Of a DNA stretch of 64,000 nt, positions 12,985 to 24,949 are shown piece by piece (the stretch's first letter is position 1; every line of letters begins with the position of its first letter). Under the pieces are notes generated by a model. The model did not search any database and had not been told where the DNA came from. It worked only from the letters and a program-made list of their open reading frames with translations. The DNA is from Chiloscyllium plagiosum (taxonomy: Eukaryota). The position numbers were made by a program, and so were the translations under genes. The stretch is from contig NC_057719.1 in the NCBI RefSeq assembly GCF_004010195.1, positions 77,379,339-77,443,338 on the forward strand, in the 5' to 3' direction.

Positions 12985-14100
12985 GATTAGTGTGGAAAAT
13001 TAAAGTGCATGGGATTGGGGGTAATGTGTAGAGGTGGATAGGAAGCTGGTTGGCAGACAAAAAACAAAGAGTAGGGAAAAATCGGTCCTTTTTGAAATGG
13101 CAGTATGTAGTGGGGTGCAGCTGGGATCAGTGTGAGGAGCCCAGGTATTCACAATATATATCAATGATTTAGATAAAGGAATTAAATGTTAACCTCAAAA
13201 TTTGTAGATGACAACGCTGGTGAGGAGGGTGAGCTGTGAGGAGGATGCAGAGATGTTGTAGTGTGATTTGGACAAGAGGAGTGAATATTGTAGCGTGATT
13301 TAGACAAGAAGAGTGAATGGGCAAGTGCACGGGAGGCGTGGATAAATGTGAGGCTATCCACTTAGGTGGCAAAAACAGGAATGGCTGTAAATTGAGAGAA
13401 GGAAATGTGCAATAAGACCTGAGTATCCCTGTATACCAGTCACTGAAGATAAGCATGCAGGCGGAACAGGCAGAAAAAATAGTATGTTGGCTTTCATAGC
13501 AAGAATATTTGAATACAGGAGCAGGGAGAAGTTTTAATACAGAAGCAGGGATATTTGGTTGCAATTTGCAGGGCCTTGGAATAGTGTGTGCAGTTTTGGT
13601 CTTTTTATCTGAGGAAGGATGTTCTTGCGCTCGAGGGACTGCAGTAAAGATTTTCCAGAATGATTCCTGGGATGGCAGGTTTGACATATGAGGAGAGCTT
13701 GAGCAGATTAGGATTATAGTCACTGGAATTCTGAAGGATTGGGGGAATCTCATAAAAATCTGTAGAATGCTAACAGGACCAGACAGGGTATACGCAGGAT
13801 CGATGAGCCTAATGGCCTGAGAGTCCAGACCAAGTGTCACAGTCTCAGGGCACAGGGTAAATTATTTAGGACTTGGATGAGGAGAAATTTCTTCACCCAG
13901 ACAGTGGTGATCCTGTAGAATTTGTTACCAGAGAAAAGAGCTATGGTCAAATGAATGTATGACAGAAGAAGAAGTTGGATATTACACTTTGATCTAAAAG
14001 GATCAAAGCATATGGGGAAAAGTGGGAACATTGGATGATGAAGCATGAATGGCGGAGCATACATGAAGGGATGAATGGCCTACTCTTGCTTCTAGTTAGC
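12985..14100 (+). mobile_element. CR1 LINE RT and 3' end (second subfamily), degenerate
   Basis: KIKVHGIGGNV, FTIYINDLDKG and KFVDD motifs; CR1-like 3' end. Confidence 0.85.
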
Positions 14101-14104
14101 TATA

Positions 14105-14620
14105 TTTCCACGCTTGACCTTGATACCAAAAAGGCAACATATCATCCTGGAGTCACGATTCATGTGACAGGAAAGCCTGTCTGATCCCTGACTATGGAAT
14201 TAACTATTCTGTATAGCTAAGAATCCCTTGGTGCCTTGGCTATGACTACACTCCCCTGAGCAACCACTGCCTTCACTAGTTCCCAATATGGAATACCGAT
14301 TAGCAAGCACAGGAGAGTCAGGGAACATCTGAAGTGCCTGCCTGGTTTTCTTAGGGAATGGGTGACGACTAGGCAATCTATCTGCCTGTAATCTGCCCTC
14401 TACCTACCCGTGTGCTATCCATATAGTCCTATGCCTCGCAGGTGTACAACAGTGACTCCAGTCATTGCTCAATCTCTGAAAGACCAAGATCAAGCTTGTG
14501 CAGTCAGTGATATTTCCTGCAGATGCATTTGCCTGGGTCACATGGTATATTCATGACTTTGCACATCCTGCAGCATATACACTCCACTTGTCCTCACTGA
14601 CTTGCCATCACCTAACTCTG
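14105..14620 (-). mobile_element. CR1 ORF1 (SGNH esterase) remnant
   Basis: Minus strand ..NSIVR....RDSRMICCL.G.KV matches the CR1 ORF1 motif seen more intact at 36898-37188. Confidence 0.5.
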
Positions 14621-14743
14621 ACAAATGCTAGCTACTCGTACTATAAACATTTACTGTTAACTTTACTTCATTTTCATTCACTTTTTCTTACTATTTAGTC
14701 TACTTTGACTTGATTTCACCTCCATTTTGATAATGCTCCTTCC

Positions 14744-14887
14744 TGAAATAACTACACAGAGGCAGGTATCCATGTCACCAAGTCACCCTTTACTTCCATG
14801 CGTACAGTACACTGGCTGTGGCCAACTAGCTCAGAGTCAGTCCTTGGACTGAGAAGATTCTAAATCCCCTGTTTATTTTATGTCAGG
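14744..14887 (-). mobile_element. Truncated solo-LTR-like repeat (copy 1)
   Basis: Direct repeat of 15349-15490; the minus strand ends ...gttatttCA. Confidence 0.5.
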
Positions 14888-15348
14888 AGAATGTTCATGA
14901 ATGTTGTTTGGACAGACTTCCAAAATGCATTTGATGAAGTCCCACATAAAACACTGTTAACTAAGGTAGAAGCCCCCAGAATTGAGGACAAATTACTGGA
15001 ATGGATAGGAAATTGGCTAAGTAGCAGGAGACAGAAAATAGGAATCATGGGTAAGCATACAAATTGGCAGGATGTGACCATTGATGTCCCATTAGGATCT
15101 CTGCTAGGCCCTGGCATTATTTATTAATCATTTGGATAATGGCATATACAGTCACATAACCAAATGTGTTCATGACACAAAGTTAGCCAGCTGGATAGCA
15201 ATAAATTACAAACGGGGCAAATCAATATGGGGCAAAATTGTAACAGATGGAGTTCAATACAAATATGTATGAGGTTATCCACTTTGGACCAATAAAGGTT
15301 AGACCAAGGTACTTTCTAGACGGTATGTAGTTAAATGCAGTGGATATG
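14888..15348 (+). mobile_element. CR1-clade RT fragment
   Basis: ORF 14891-15127 VVWTDFQNAFDEVPHKTLL..WIGNWLSSRRQK..VPLGSLLGP. Confidence 0.8.
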
Positions 15349-15574
15349 TGAAATAACTGTACAGAGGCCAGTATCCTGTCACTAAGTCACCCTTTATTCA
15401 CTTGTGCACAATCTACTGGTGGTGGCCAGCCAGTTTGGAGCCAGTACCTTGAACTGAAAAGATTATAAATCCCCTGGTTATATTAGTCAGCCAGGGATTC
15501 CTGATTGACCCAGGTTAACAATCCTAATCAAGGATCTCATAGTTAGCAAGATCCATATGGTTCCAATCACTACT
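15349..15574 (-). mobile_element. Solo-LTR-like repeat (copy 2)
   Basis: Homologous to 14744-14887; minus strand has AATAAA and a CA terminus. Confidence 0.5.
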
Positions 15575-15834
15575 TTTCCTGAAATCCAAATAGCTTTCCT
15601 TTCTTTATAAACTATGTTATTTCATTTTGAAGCTATTTAGACCCACTATTAACAGCTTCTCACCAACTAATAAACTTGTGGATTTCTTGTGATGTTACTC
15701 TTGGATTTTCTTTTCTCACTCAGCTTCACTTCTGAGATCAGAATGTTATCAGAATGAAGATATTCACTACTGATCATGTCCTTTTTAAACTTACTGTTTT
15801 TTCTCTCTCTCTCTCTCTATGTTCAGAATGAAAA

Positions 15835-15940
15835 CCTGGTTCTGAATAAAGGTCACTGGACCCGAAATGTTGCTCTGATCTCCCTCCATAGATGCTGCCA
15901 GACCTGCTGAGATTTTCCATCACTTTCTGTTCTTGTTGCT
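15835..15940 (+). mobile_element. PLE-derived tail with degenerate hammerhead
   Basis: 15842-15871 CTGAATA-A-AGGTC-ACTG-GACCC-GAAA-TGTT, followed by gatgctgccagacctgctgagattttcca. Confidence 0.6.
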
Positions 15941-16886
15941 GAATGAAGACATTCCATATTCACTGCACTCTTTTTAAACCTGCTGCCTTTTCTCTCTGCA
16001 TTGTGTTCACAATTAAGACAGACCATGCTCTCGATATTCATATTAAACTTGCTGCCTCCTCTCACAGTTATTGTGTTCAGAGTCATTTCTCCAGAAATGG
16101 GAAAGCTACTGCCTAACTTGTTAGAAAATTGTGAAAGGCCTCAATAGGCTGATGTGGAGAAAATGCCTTGTCTTGTGCTGAGGCTGAACTAGACACCATA
16201 CATATGAGATGTCACTAATGAAACTAGTAGACAATTCAGGGAGGATTCTCTTTGCCCAAAGTATAGTTAAAATATGGAATGGTGGAGGTGAGCAGGGGGA
16301 GATGTATCAAGGGGTGATGCAGAACTTTCATGGAGTCCAAATGACAATATGCATATTTTATGCATTTGTTGGAATCTAGAGCTATGGAGAGTGATGGTTA
16401 AGACTCCAATTTTCTTTCTCATTACCTTTGGTTCATCAGTAACCCTCCCGCACTAATCAGCTGCTATTAGTGTGTGTTGGAAGGATTTTCTGGTTGCTAT
16501 CCTATCGGTTTGGCCTCATTATCAACAAATTTTCCCCGGCTATCACATACCTTGGTAGGACTCAAAACTAGACCTTTCAACTTAGAAACTGAGTCACTAG
16601 CTTTTGAGCTGCAAGACCTCATCTATGCATGCAAGATGTAGCTAAAAAAGCACCGAAAGTAGGACGACTAGTGTTAGTGTTAGCTGAAGAGTTTGGGAAT
16701 ACTTCTGTGGGACATAAGTACAGAATTGACCAGTTAGAGCAGATAGCCTGCTCATATACTGCAGACTCAACAGAAATTCCTTATAAATGTGTTTATGATT
16801 TTAAAAGAAGAGTCACCTTTGTTCTCAATGCCTTCTCTCCTCATTTATCATTTACAGTTTTATGTAAAGATTTTACTCAGTTTGAG

Positions 16887-17105
16887 GAGAAAGTGAGGGC
16901 TGCAGATGCTGGAGATCAGAGCTGAAAATGTGTTGCTGGAAAAGCGCAGCAGGTCAGGCAGCATCCAAGGAACAGGAGAATCGACGTTTCGGGCATAAGC
17001 CCTTCTTCAGGATTCCTGCAGAAGGGCTTATGCCCAAAACGTCGATTCTCCTGTTCCTTGGATGCTGCCTGACCTGCAGCGCTTTTCCAGCAACACAATT
17101 TCAGC
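16887..17105. mobile_element. Palindromic PLE-derived non-autonomous element with 15-bp TSD
   Basis: Arms 16920-17010 and 17016-17106 are reverse complements (4 mismatches in 91 bp); TSD tttactcagtttgag at 16872-16886 and 17106-17120. Confidence 0.9.
16977..17016 (-). ncRNA. Intact minimal type I hammerhead ribozyme motif
   Basis: Minus strand: ggaatc-CTGAAGA-A-GGGC-TTAT-GCCC-GAAA-CG-TC^-gattct; 6-bp stem I (one G-U), 4-bp stem II, palindromic ACGT stem III, GUC cleavage triplet. Confidence 0.75.
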
Positions 17106-17528
17106 TTTACTCAGTTTGAGTCAATATCTGTGTCAAAAATGTGAGTTGCACCCACTTAAATGTTCTATATTATTGGCAAATATCCACATGAACGGATTAG
17201 AATTTTATGGTGTAATTACTGGAAATTTGTGGAGAAATCGTCTGCAGTTCAAAGCTAGACAAGTCAATGAATATCTAACATAAATAATTATCATTCTTTT
17301 CCTGTCAGCTTCTCCACATTTGATCTTTGTTGGTGCATATAAATAGCAAAATGGTGAGCAAAGCTCTATTAACACCGGCCAGTGGAGTATTACCCAGGTG
17401 TCCGAGAAAAGACACTTTGGACAGATAATCGAAGGCTACACAAATTTGAATAGGGAAGAATAGTCTTTGTACTATCGATTAACCAAAAGCAATGGGATTA
17501 TGAATATGTACAGCATGTTATGCATTTT

Positions 17529-17808
17529 GGTAAAAACAATGACTGCAGATGCTGGAAACCAGATTCTGGATTAGTGGTGCTGGAAGAGCACAGCAGTTCA
17601 GGCAGCATCCGAGGAGCAGTAAAATCGACGTTTCGGGCAAAAGCCCTTTATCAGGAATACAGGCAGAGAGCCTGAAGGGTGGAGAGATAAGTGAGAGGAG
17701 GGTGGGGGTGGGGAGAAAGTAGCATATAGTACAATAGGTGAGTTGGAGAGGGGATGAAGGTGATAGGTCATGGGGGGAGGGTGGAGTGGACAGGTAGGAC
17801 AAGTCAAG
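17529..17808 (-). mobile_element. PLE 3' terminal fragment with hammerhead motif and 12-bp TSD
   Basis: TSD gttatgcatttt at 17517-17528 and 17809-17820; 17627-17654(-) CTGATAA-A-GGGC-TTTT-GCCC-GAAA-CGTC; pyrimidine-rich PLE 3' region. Confidence 0.85.
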
Positions 17809-17889
17809 GTTATGCATTTTACAGAGCAGGATTTTCTCAAAATATTAATTCCAGTTGATAGACTGTGCTTACTATTGATTTTCATTTTC

Positions 17890-18150
17890 AAGGGCCTGCA
17901 TACATTAAGAAGTCTATGCTCAGGTACCTTCATACTCAGGAACCTCTCCACTCAAGGACCCCAGAAAACAGGATATCTGCTCTCAGGGACCTTCACACTC
18001 AGGAGACTTCACACTCAGGGACCTTTACACTCTAGGACCTTCACACTCTGGGACCTTCACACTCTGGGACGTTTACACTCTGGAACATTCACACTCTGGG
18101 ACGTTCTCACTCAGGCACTTTCTCACTCAGGGACTTTCACACTCAGAGAC
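17890..18150 (+). repeat. 16-bp minisatellite (ctcagggaccttcaca), more than 10 degenerate copies
   Basis: Direct tandem periodicity, clearest at 17981-18150. Confidence 0.9.
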
Positions 18151-18314
18151 ATGTGGACATGGGAGCTGAATGCATCTGAATAACCAGATTTGTATAATTT
18201 TCATAGTTTCTAGGATCATCTGTCACCAATGATTGTTCTATACTGTGAGACCTGGCTTCATTAAACAACATGAAGCAGGTATTTATTAGCTGATCACACC
18301 CATCAGTATGCATG

Positions 18315-18600
18315 CGATATCCATTGGGCAGAAGATATAAAAGTTTGAATACTCGTGCGAACGGATTCAAGAACAGTTTCTTCTCTGCTGCTATCAGACA
18401 TTTGAAAGACCTCTCAGATGTTAATTCTGATCTCTCTCTCTCTCTGTACCTTCTCTGTGGCTGTAACACTGTATTTTGCATTCCGTTCTGCTAACCTGAT
18501 GCACTTTGTATTATACGATTGACGTTTGCAGCACACAAAACAACACTTTTCACTGTATTTTGGTACACTTGACAACAATAAATCAAACTCATAAAATCAA
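18315..18600 (+). mobile_element. Rex1/Babar-like 3' end
   Basis: LGRRYKSLNTRANGFKNSFF.AAIR; homologous to 3420-3700. Confidence 0.8.
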
Positions 18601-18933
18601 TGTTTAACAAGAGTCAACAGTTTACCAAAATACTTAAACCTTGCAATGACAAAATTTCACTGTTAAGTATGATAAATGAAAAGCCATGTATTTCCTCAAA
18701 CCTTTTATTAACTTTCTATCTGAAGAGTATTCACACTGGCCCTAAATTTCCCACCTGTCACATGTTAGAAAATGATTTCAAATTTGATGGAAAGAGTAGA
18801 ACTAAAGAACTGTAGATTGGACAGCACTTTTAGAAAGCTGTTGTCGATCTGATTGGTTCTCAATGACCTCTTTGTAGGGTGTAGAATTCTATGGCCTGGG
18901 TTATTTGTAGGATTCTGTGTATACTGCCAACTA

Positions 18934-19107
18934 CAGAGGAACCTTGATTCCCGGAAGGACATTGGCGGGGAGTATTTCATTCGGTTAATCGAATTCTGGA
19001 TAATCGAATGCTGGATAACATAGTTTTGCCAAGCATCGGGACCTTGTGATCTTGCCGAATAATCTAATATTTGGATAATCGAATGCCAGATAATCAAGGT
19101 TCCTCTG
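18934..19107. mobile_element. Tc1/mariner (pogo/Tigger-like) MITE
   Basis: Perfect 16-bp TIRs cagaggaaccttgatt / aatcaaggttcctctg, TA on both sides, internal ggataatcga repeats. Confidence 0.85.
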
Positions 19108-20282
19108 TATATCTAAAAGCATGAACACAGGACCACCTTCACATTCAGAGTAGATGGTAGTTTTTTGCATGAGCACTCCAATTACATCTGACACCATGCA
19201 CATGGCACGACTATCAGAAAAACTCAAATGGCACTAGTTCAAAATTCAAAAATCCATAACCAAAAATAAATGGTATAATAAATCACACTTTATATCACAT
19301 TGTCTAAGAATGTACTCAATGGCAGTGTTTCTTTTATTGGTAATCACTAGATAGGTGATTGCAAAGGGAGATTGTTGGCAATGAACAATCTCAAACAATC
19401 CTTATCCAGCACCACATACTGATGGAGGTAGCAACTGGAAAAATACCATAGCTTCTTCAAAATCAATGGTAATTGGTCCCTGCCAAGATTAATTAGCTTC
19501 ATTTAGGTAAGGTCTAGGACCTTCAAAAGACTTTAAAATTACCATCAACAGAAATTAACCTCAACCCTGTCAAGTCGTTATTTCTCAGAAAAGTCACTGC
19601 TGAATAAAACTATTGTTAAAATGCTGGGGCCCAGGACATTAATGTATAAGTGTGTTTAACTGACAGTGCCACACCACCCACTGGTACACACAAAAACCAC
19701 ACCATTCCTTTGTTCTCATCAGGAATCTCAACTTGAAAAAGCACATGTATAGATAACAGGTCAGAAGAAGATCAAGTTTGGCAGTGGTCCCATTTCACAC
19801 TAGGGTTGAATGATCTGCCAAAACCTATTATTAATATCTGTGCGCAAAGAATGGGCACATTAGCAGGATACAAGAGGGTGGGATGTGCTCCAGGGACAAA
19901 CATGAGTCAGCAACTCTAAGAGAGAAATAAAGAAACTTACAGAAGAAAAATATATTTTGCATTGATAGCTGAGAGACAAGCCATTTGGTCCAACCATTCC
20001 CTAGCAGCTTTTCATGGTCAATTTGAGTCCTTCTTCATCAGTGTATTCAGGAAAGCATCACAAATATTGAAGGAATTCATTGGAAATGTGCAGGAGTGAA
20101 GCTGAGGCATCAGAGCGAGCTCACAAACCACACAACAATTCACCCAACCAATTCTACTCCACTCAGATCATGCATTGGAATTATCAGTGATCTCTGAACA
20201 TATCGATGTGGAGTAGAATCAAACCATCCTTGATCCCAAGCAAAGAAGATGAGTCATCTTCAGCTGTTCCCTGTTGTACAAG

Positions 20283-20490
20283 TTGTGGAGGTGCCAGTGT
20301 TGGACTGGGGTGGACAAAGATAAAAATCACCCAACACCAGATTATAGTCCAACAGTTTTATTTGAAAGTACAAGCTTTTGGAGCGGTGGTCCTTCATCAG
20401 GTAGCTATATGAAGGAGCAGCGCTCTGAAAGCTTGTACTTTCAAATAAACCTGTTGGACTATAACCTGGTGTTGTGTGATTTGTTACTAA
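20283..20490. mobile_element. Palindromic PLE-derived element (AGCT-hammerhead family)
   Basis: 20311-20400 is inverted relative to 20408-20496; degenerate hammerheads at 20372-20400(-) and 20405-20434(+); possible 8-bp TSD tgtacaag. Confidence 0.75.
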
Positions 20491-21389
20491 TGTACAAGGT
20501 AATGGTTCTGAAAGGGTTGATGTCAGACATTACATTAAAACTCTACCCAATCTTGTAATGGCCTATGGACTCGAGTGGGGAAAGGTTATACGTTTCAGGA
20601 TCTTGTAGGATTAAGACCTCTATCTGGAGGTCTCCCAAAAATCTTAGTAAAATGCTGTAATTTACTAATATAGCCTTGACCTGACTGTGCATTAAGTCCC
20701 ATTTTATTAAGCATCTTCTCATTAACACTCACTAGTGGCTTTTCTCCACCACTGTAAACCAATAGGCCCTTAGTCCTTTCAAGGAAAGAGAAAAATGGCT
20801 GCAAATGACTGATAGTGGTTGGCATTTCAGTCCATATCACATGGCAGCAATGGTATCTATTCTTGTTTCATACAATATGTAACAGTGGTGAGAAATCCAT
20901 TGGACCCAGGAACAGTTCGGGACATTTAAAACTTTCAAGACTTGCTAACTTTAAGAACTACTCTTACAGACAGTCAGCAGCTAAGCCAGTTATACTGTCA
21001 AACAAGATGCTGACAAAGTCACAGAATGAGCAACAAGGGGAGAAACAATACTTTCTGTTAAAACCATTTTACTTCAGACCAAGTTAAAACTGCAAAAGCA
21101 AGGGTGTGAGCTTGAAGCTAGTCACACCTGGAAGTTACAAATTCCATCAGGAAGTAAGGATCGGGAGAAGCTGTCCTGATTAGACGTTCAGCTATGAAAC
21201 ATGCAGACATTGGAGCTCCACGAGTAAAGGTAAAACTCGCTGTTGGATGAGGGGAAATTTTAAATTATCAGAAAGGCCTGAGAAGGCTAGAAGTTAAGAA
21301 GAAGCCCTTAGAGGAGCTCACATGAGCGTTGCCCAAAGCAAATGGACACCATGAGACACCGTAGCAGTCAGGATTTCAGGGACCAGAAG

Positions 21390-21630
21390 GTGGTGGCTCA
21401 GTGATAATGTCACGAGGTTAACAATCCAGATCCTCAGACTAATGTTCTGTGAACATGGATACGGATCTCACCACAGCATATGGTAGAATTTGACTTCAAA
21501 ACAACAAATCTGGAATGGAAAACTGGTCACCTAGGTAACCATTATCACTTGTAAATACCAATCTGGTTCACTAATGTCCTTTGGAGAAAGAAATCTGCCC
21601 TCTTTACTTGGTCTGACCTATATGCGACTC
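21390..21630 (+). mobile_element. tRNA-derived SINE (family also at 29080-29525-, 40220-40420+, 43530-43745-)
   Basis: ggtggctcagtgataatgtcac...atctggttcactaatgtcctttggagaaagaaatctgcc shared among copies. Confidence 0.7.
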
Positions 21631-24000
21631 TACTTTCAAGGAACTATGAACCTGCACTCCAAGGTCCCTTTGTTCAACAACACTCTCCAGGACCTTACCA
21701 TTAAGTGTATAAGTCCTGTCCTGATTTGCTTTTCCAAATGTAACACCTCACATTTATCTAAATTTAAATCTATCTGCTACTCCTCAGTCCATTGGCCCAT
21801 CTGATCAAGATCCCATTGTACTCTGAGCTAACCTTCTTCGCAGTCCACTACACATCCAATTTTGGTGTTATCTGCAAACTTACTAACTATACCTCATATG
21901 TTCACATCCAAATCATTTATATAAATGATGAAAAGCAGTGGACCCAGTACTGATCCTTGTGGCACTCCACTGGTCACAGACCTCCAGTCTGAAAAAAGCA
22001 ACCCTCCACCACCACCACCACCAAGGTCTTCTACCTTCGAGCCAGTTCTGTATCCAAATTGCTAGTTCTCCCTGTATTCCAGGAGATCTAACCTTGCTAA
22101 CCAGTCTCCCATGAGGAACCTTGTCGAACGCCTTACTGAAGTCCATATAGATCACATCTACCTCTCTGCCCTCATCGATTCTCTTCATTATTTTTTCAAA
22201 AAACTCAATCAAGTTCATGAGACATGATTTCCCACGCACAAAGCCATGCTGACTATCCCTAATCAGTTTTTGCCTTTCCAAATACATGTACATCCTCTCC
22301 CTCAGGATTCCCTCCAGCAACTTGCCCACCACCGACGTCAGGCTCACCGGTCTATAGTTCCCTGGCTTTTCCTTACCACCTTTCTTAAATAGTGGCACCA
22401 CATTAGCCAACCTCCAGCTTCCGGCACCTCACCTGTGACTATCGATGATACAAATATCTCAGCAAGAGGCCCAGCAATCACTTCCCTAGCTTCACACAGA
22501 GTTCTAGGGTACACCTGATCAGGTCATGGAGATTTACCCACCAGCACCACTTCCTCTGTAATATGAACACTTTTCAAGATGTCACCATCTATTTCCCCAC
22601 ATTCTGTATCTTCCACATTCTTCTCCACAGTAAACACTGATGCAAAGACTCGTTTAATATCTCCCCCATCTCCTGCGGCTCCACACATAGGCTGCCTTGC
22701 CTCCCTTGAGGGGCTTTATTCTCTCCCTAGTTGCCTTTTTGGCCTTAATGTATTTACAAAATGAACTTGGATTCTCCTTAACCCTATTTGCCAAAGCTAT
22801 CTCACGTCCTCTTTTTGACCTCCTGATTTCCCTCTTAAGTATATTCTAAGAATTTACTCAGTCTCTTCTGTCTGTACCTGACATATGCTTCCTTCTTTTT
22901 CTTAACCAAAACCTCAATGTCTCTAGTCATCCAGCATTCCCTATACTGACCAGCCTTTCCTTTCACCCTGACAGGAATATACTGTCTTTGGACTCTCATT
23001 ATCTCATTTCTGAAGGCTTCACATTTTCCAGCCATCTCTTTACCTGCGAACATCTGCTTCCAATCAGCTTTTGAAAGTTCTTGCCTAATACCATCAAAAT
23101 TGGCCTTTCTCCAAGTTAGAACTTCAACTTTTAGAGCCAGTTCATCCTTTTCCATCACTATTTTAAATTTTGGTTGCTGGCCCCAAAGTGCTCCCCCAAG
23201 AGTGGGTCAGGTTTTGTACCTTCTCCAGTAGGTACATCCACATACTGAATCAGAAAATTTTCTTGTACAAACTTAACAAATTCCTCTCCATCTAAACCCA
23301 CAACACAATGGCTATATGTGGAAAGATAAAATCCCCTACCATAATACCCTATTATTCTTACAGATAACTGAAATCTCCATACAAATTTCTTTCTCAATTT
23401 CCTGCTGACCATTAGGGGGTCTATGATACAACCCCAATAAGGTGATCATTCCTTTCTTATTTCTCAGTTACACCCAAATAATGTCCCTGGATGTATTTCT
23501 GAGAATATCCTCCCTAAGTTCAGCAGTAATGCTATCCCTTGTCAAAAATGCCATTCCCCCTCCTCTCTTGCCTCCCTATCTATCATTCCTGTAGCATTTG
23601 TATCCTGGAACGTTAAGATACCAGTCCTGTCCATCCCTGAGCCATGTTTCTGTAATTGTTATGATATCCCAGCTCCATGTTCCTAACCATGCCCCTGAGT
23701 TCATCTGCCTTCCCTATTAGGCCTCTTGCATTTAAATAAATTCAGTTTAATTCATCAGTCCTACATTGTTCTCTGCTTTGTCCCTGCCTGCCCGACTGTT
23801 TAACTCACTCCTTTTCCTAACAGTACCAGTCTCAAATTGATCTTTTTCCTCACTAGTTCCCTGTCCGCTTCCCCTCCTCCCCCAACACACACACCCACCC
23901 CACCCCCCCAACATTACTAGTTTAAATCCTCCCAAGCAGCACTAGCAAATCTCCCTGCTAATATCCTCGGTATATTAGTCCCCTTCCAATTTTGGTGCCT
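21631..24000 (-). mobile_element. CR1/HER1 LINE: ORF1 end, APE endonuclease and RT, with deletions
   Basis: ORF 21913-22410 ANVVPLFKKGGKEKPGNYRPVSLTSVVGKLLE..YMDFSKAFDKVPH; ORFs 22835-23412. Confidence 0.95.
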
Positions 24001-24949
24001 ACCTTTTGTTTTTGGATCTATCAAAACCTTTCATGATTTTGAAGACCTCTGTAAGATTAATCCTCAGCCTTCCCTTTTCAAGATTCTTTGTTTTCCCCGT
24101 TAACATTAGCATTTTCCGTGGTATAAATTCACAAAAAGGAAAATATTATTTTGAAGCTCTAGAAAATGTGATTAACGAGAACCCTTATTGCAAATTTACA
24201 AAGTGCAGTGTCTTACTTTAGGGAGACACTGTGTTGATTTCCATTATTCACAGGCCTTTGGCCTTGTTTCAGCAGAAATGTTTACTGCTCCTACACAGTT
24301 TTTTTCCTTTTGCAGCTATTTATAAAGCAGTTCACATATTTATTAAGTCAGGCCATGACATTTATAGTTCTTTGCCGTGCAAAGTATGTCATTAAATAAG
24401 AGCAATCTCACTTATTTGGCAGCAGTGATGTTCTGATGAGGGCTGAAAGTCTAATGAATACCTTCATGTGGAGAAATACCATTCTGAGGAAGTGAGCAAT
24501 AAATCCATCAACTTAGCAGGCGGATGAATTGATTTCTGATAGCTTTAAAGTGGATTGTTATGTAGATATCTGGAAAACAGATTTTACCCTTTCAGAATAC
24601 CAAGAAAATGTGGTATTTAACTATAACATGTACAAACTGCTATTCTGTTTAATAGAGAAGCATTACCGCCCTGTAAATTTATATTACCTCCCAGTAAAAT
24701 GTTTTTTCCTGTCAGCTCTCCCTGTTATAACTCTTGTTGATTCAGTAAAACATCTGTCTTTTGATTCAACGTCTAACCCAATGCTGGTGAAGACAAGATT
24801 GTGCTGGTAATGTCGGATAAGGACCCACTATAAATCATTTGTTATGTAAAAAAGACTGTAATTTCAAAGATAAAGGGTGCCCTTTAGCACATTTTCTGCA
24901 AAAAGATACTTGCAGTGACTCATGCAGTGCCTCAGAGGGCGTGAGAAAG

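Noticed and set aside
16916..17119. Near-identical 60-aa ORFs on both strands
   Set aside because: Consequence of the DNA palindrome; non-coding repeat
22007..22023. Poly-Trp tract in ORF 21913-22410
   Set aside because: (cca)n microsatellite expansion and frameshift in a dead CR1
24424..24490. C/D snoRNA or hammerhead (gtgatgttctgatgagggctgaaagtc...ctga)
   Set aside because: Imperfect C box and no terminal stem; as a hammerhead there is no paired stem II or stem I
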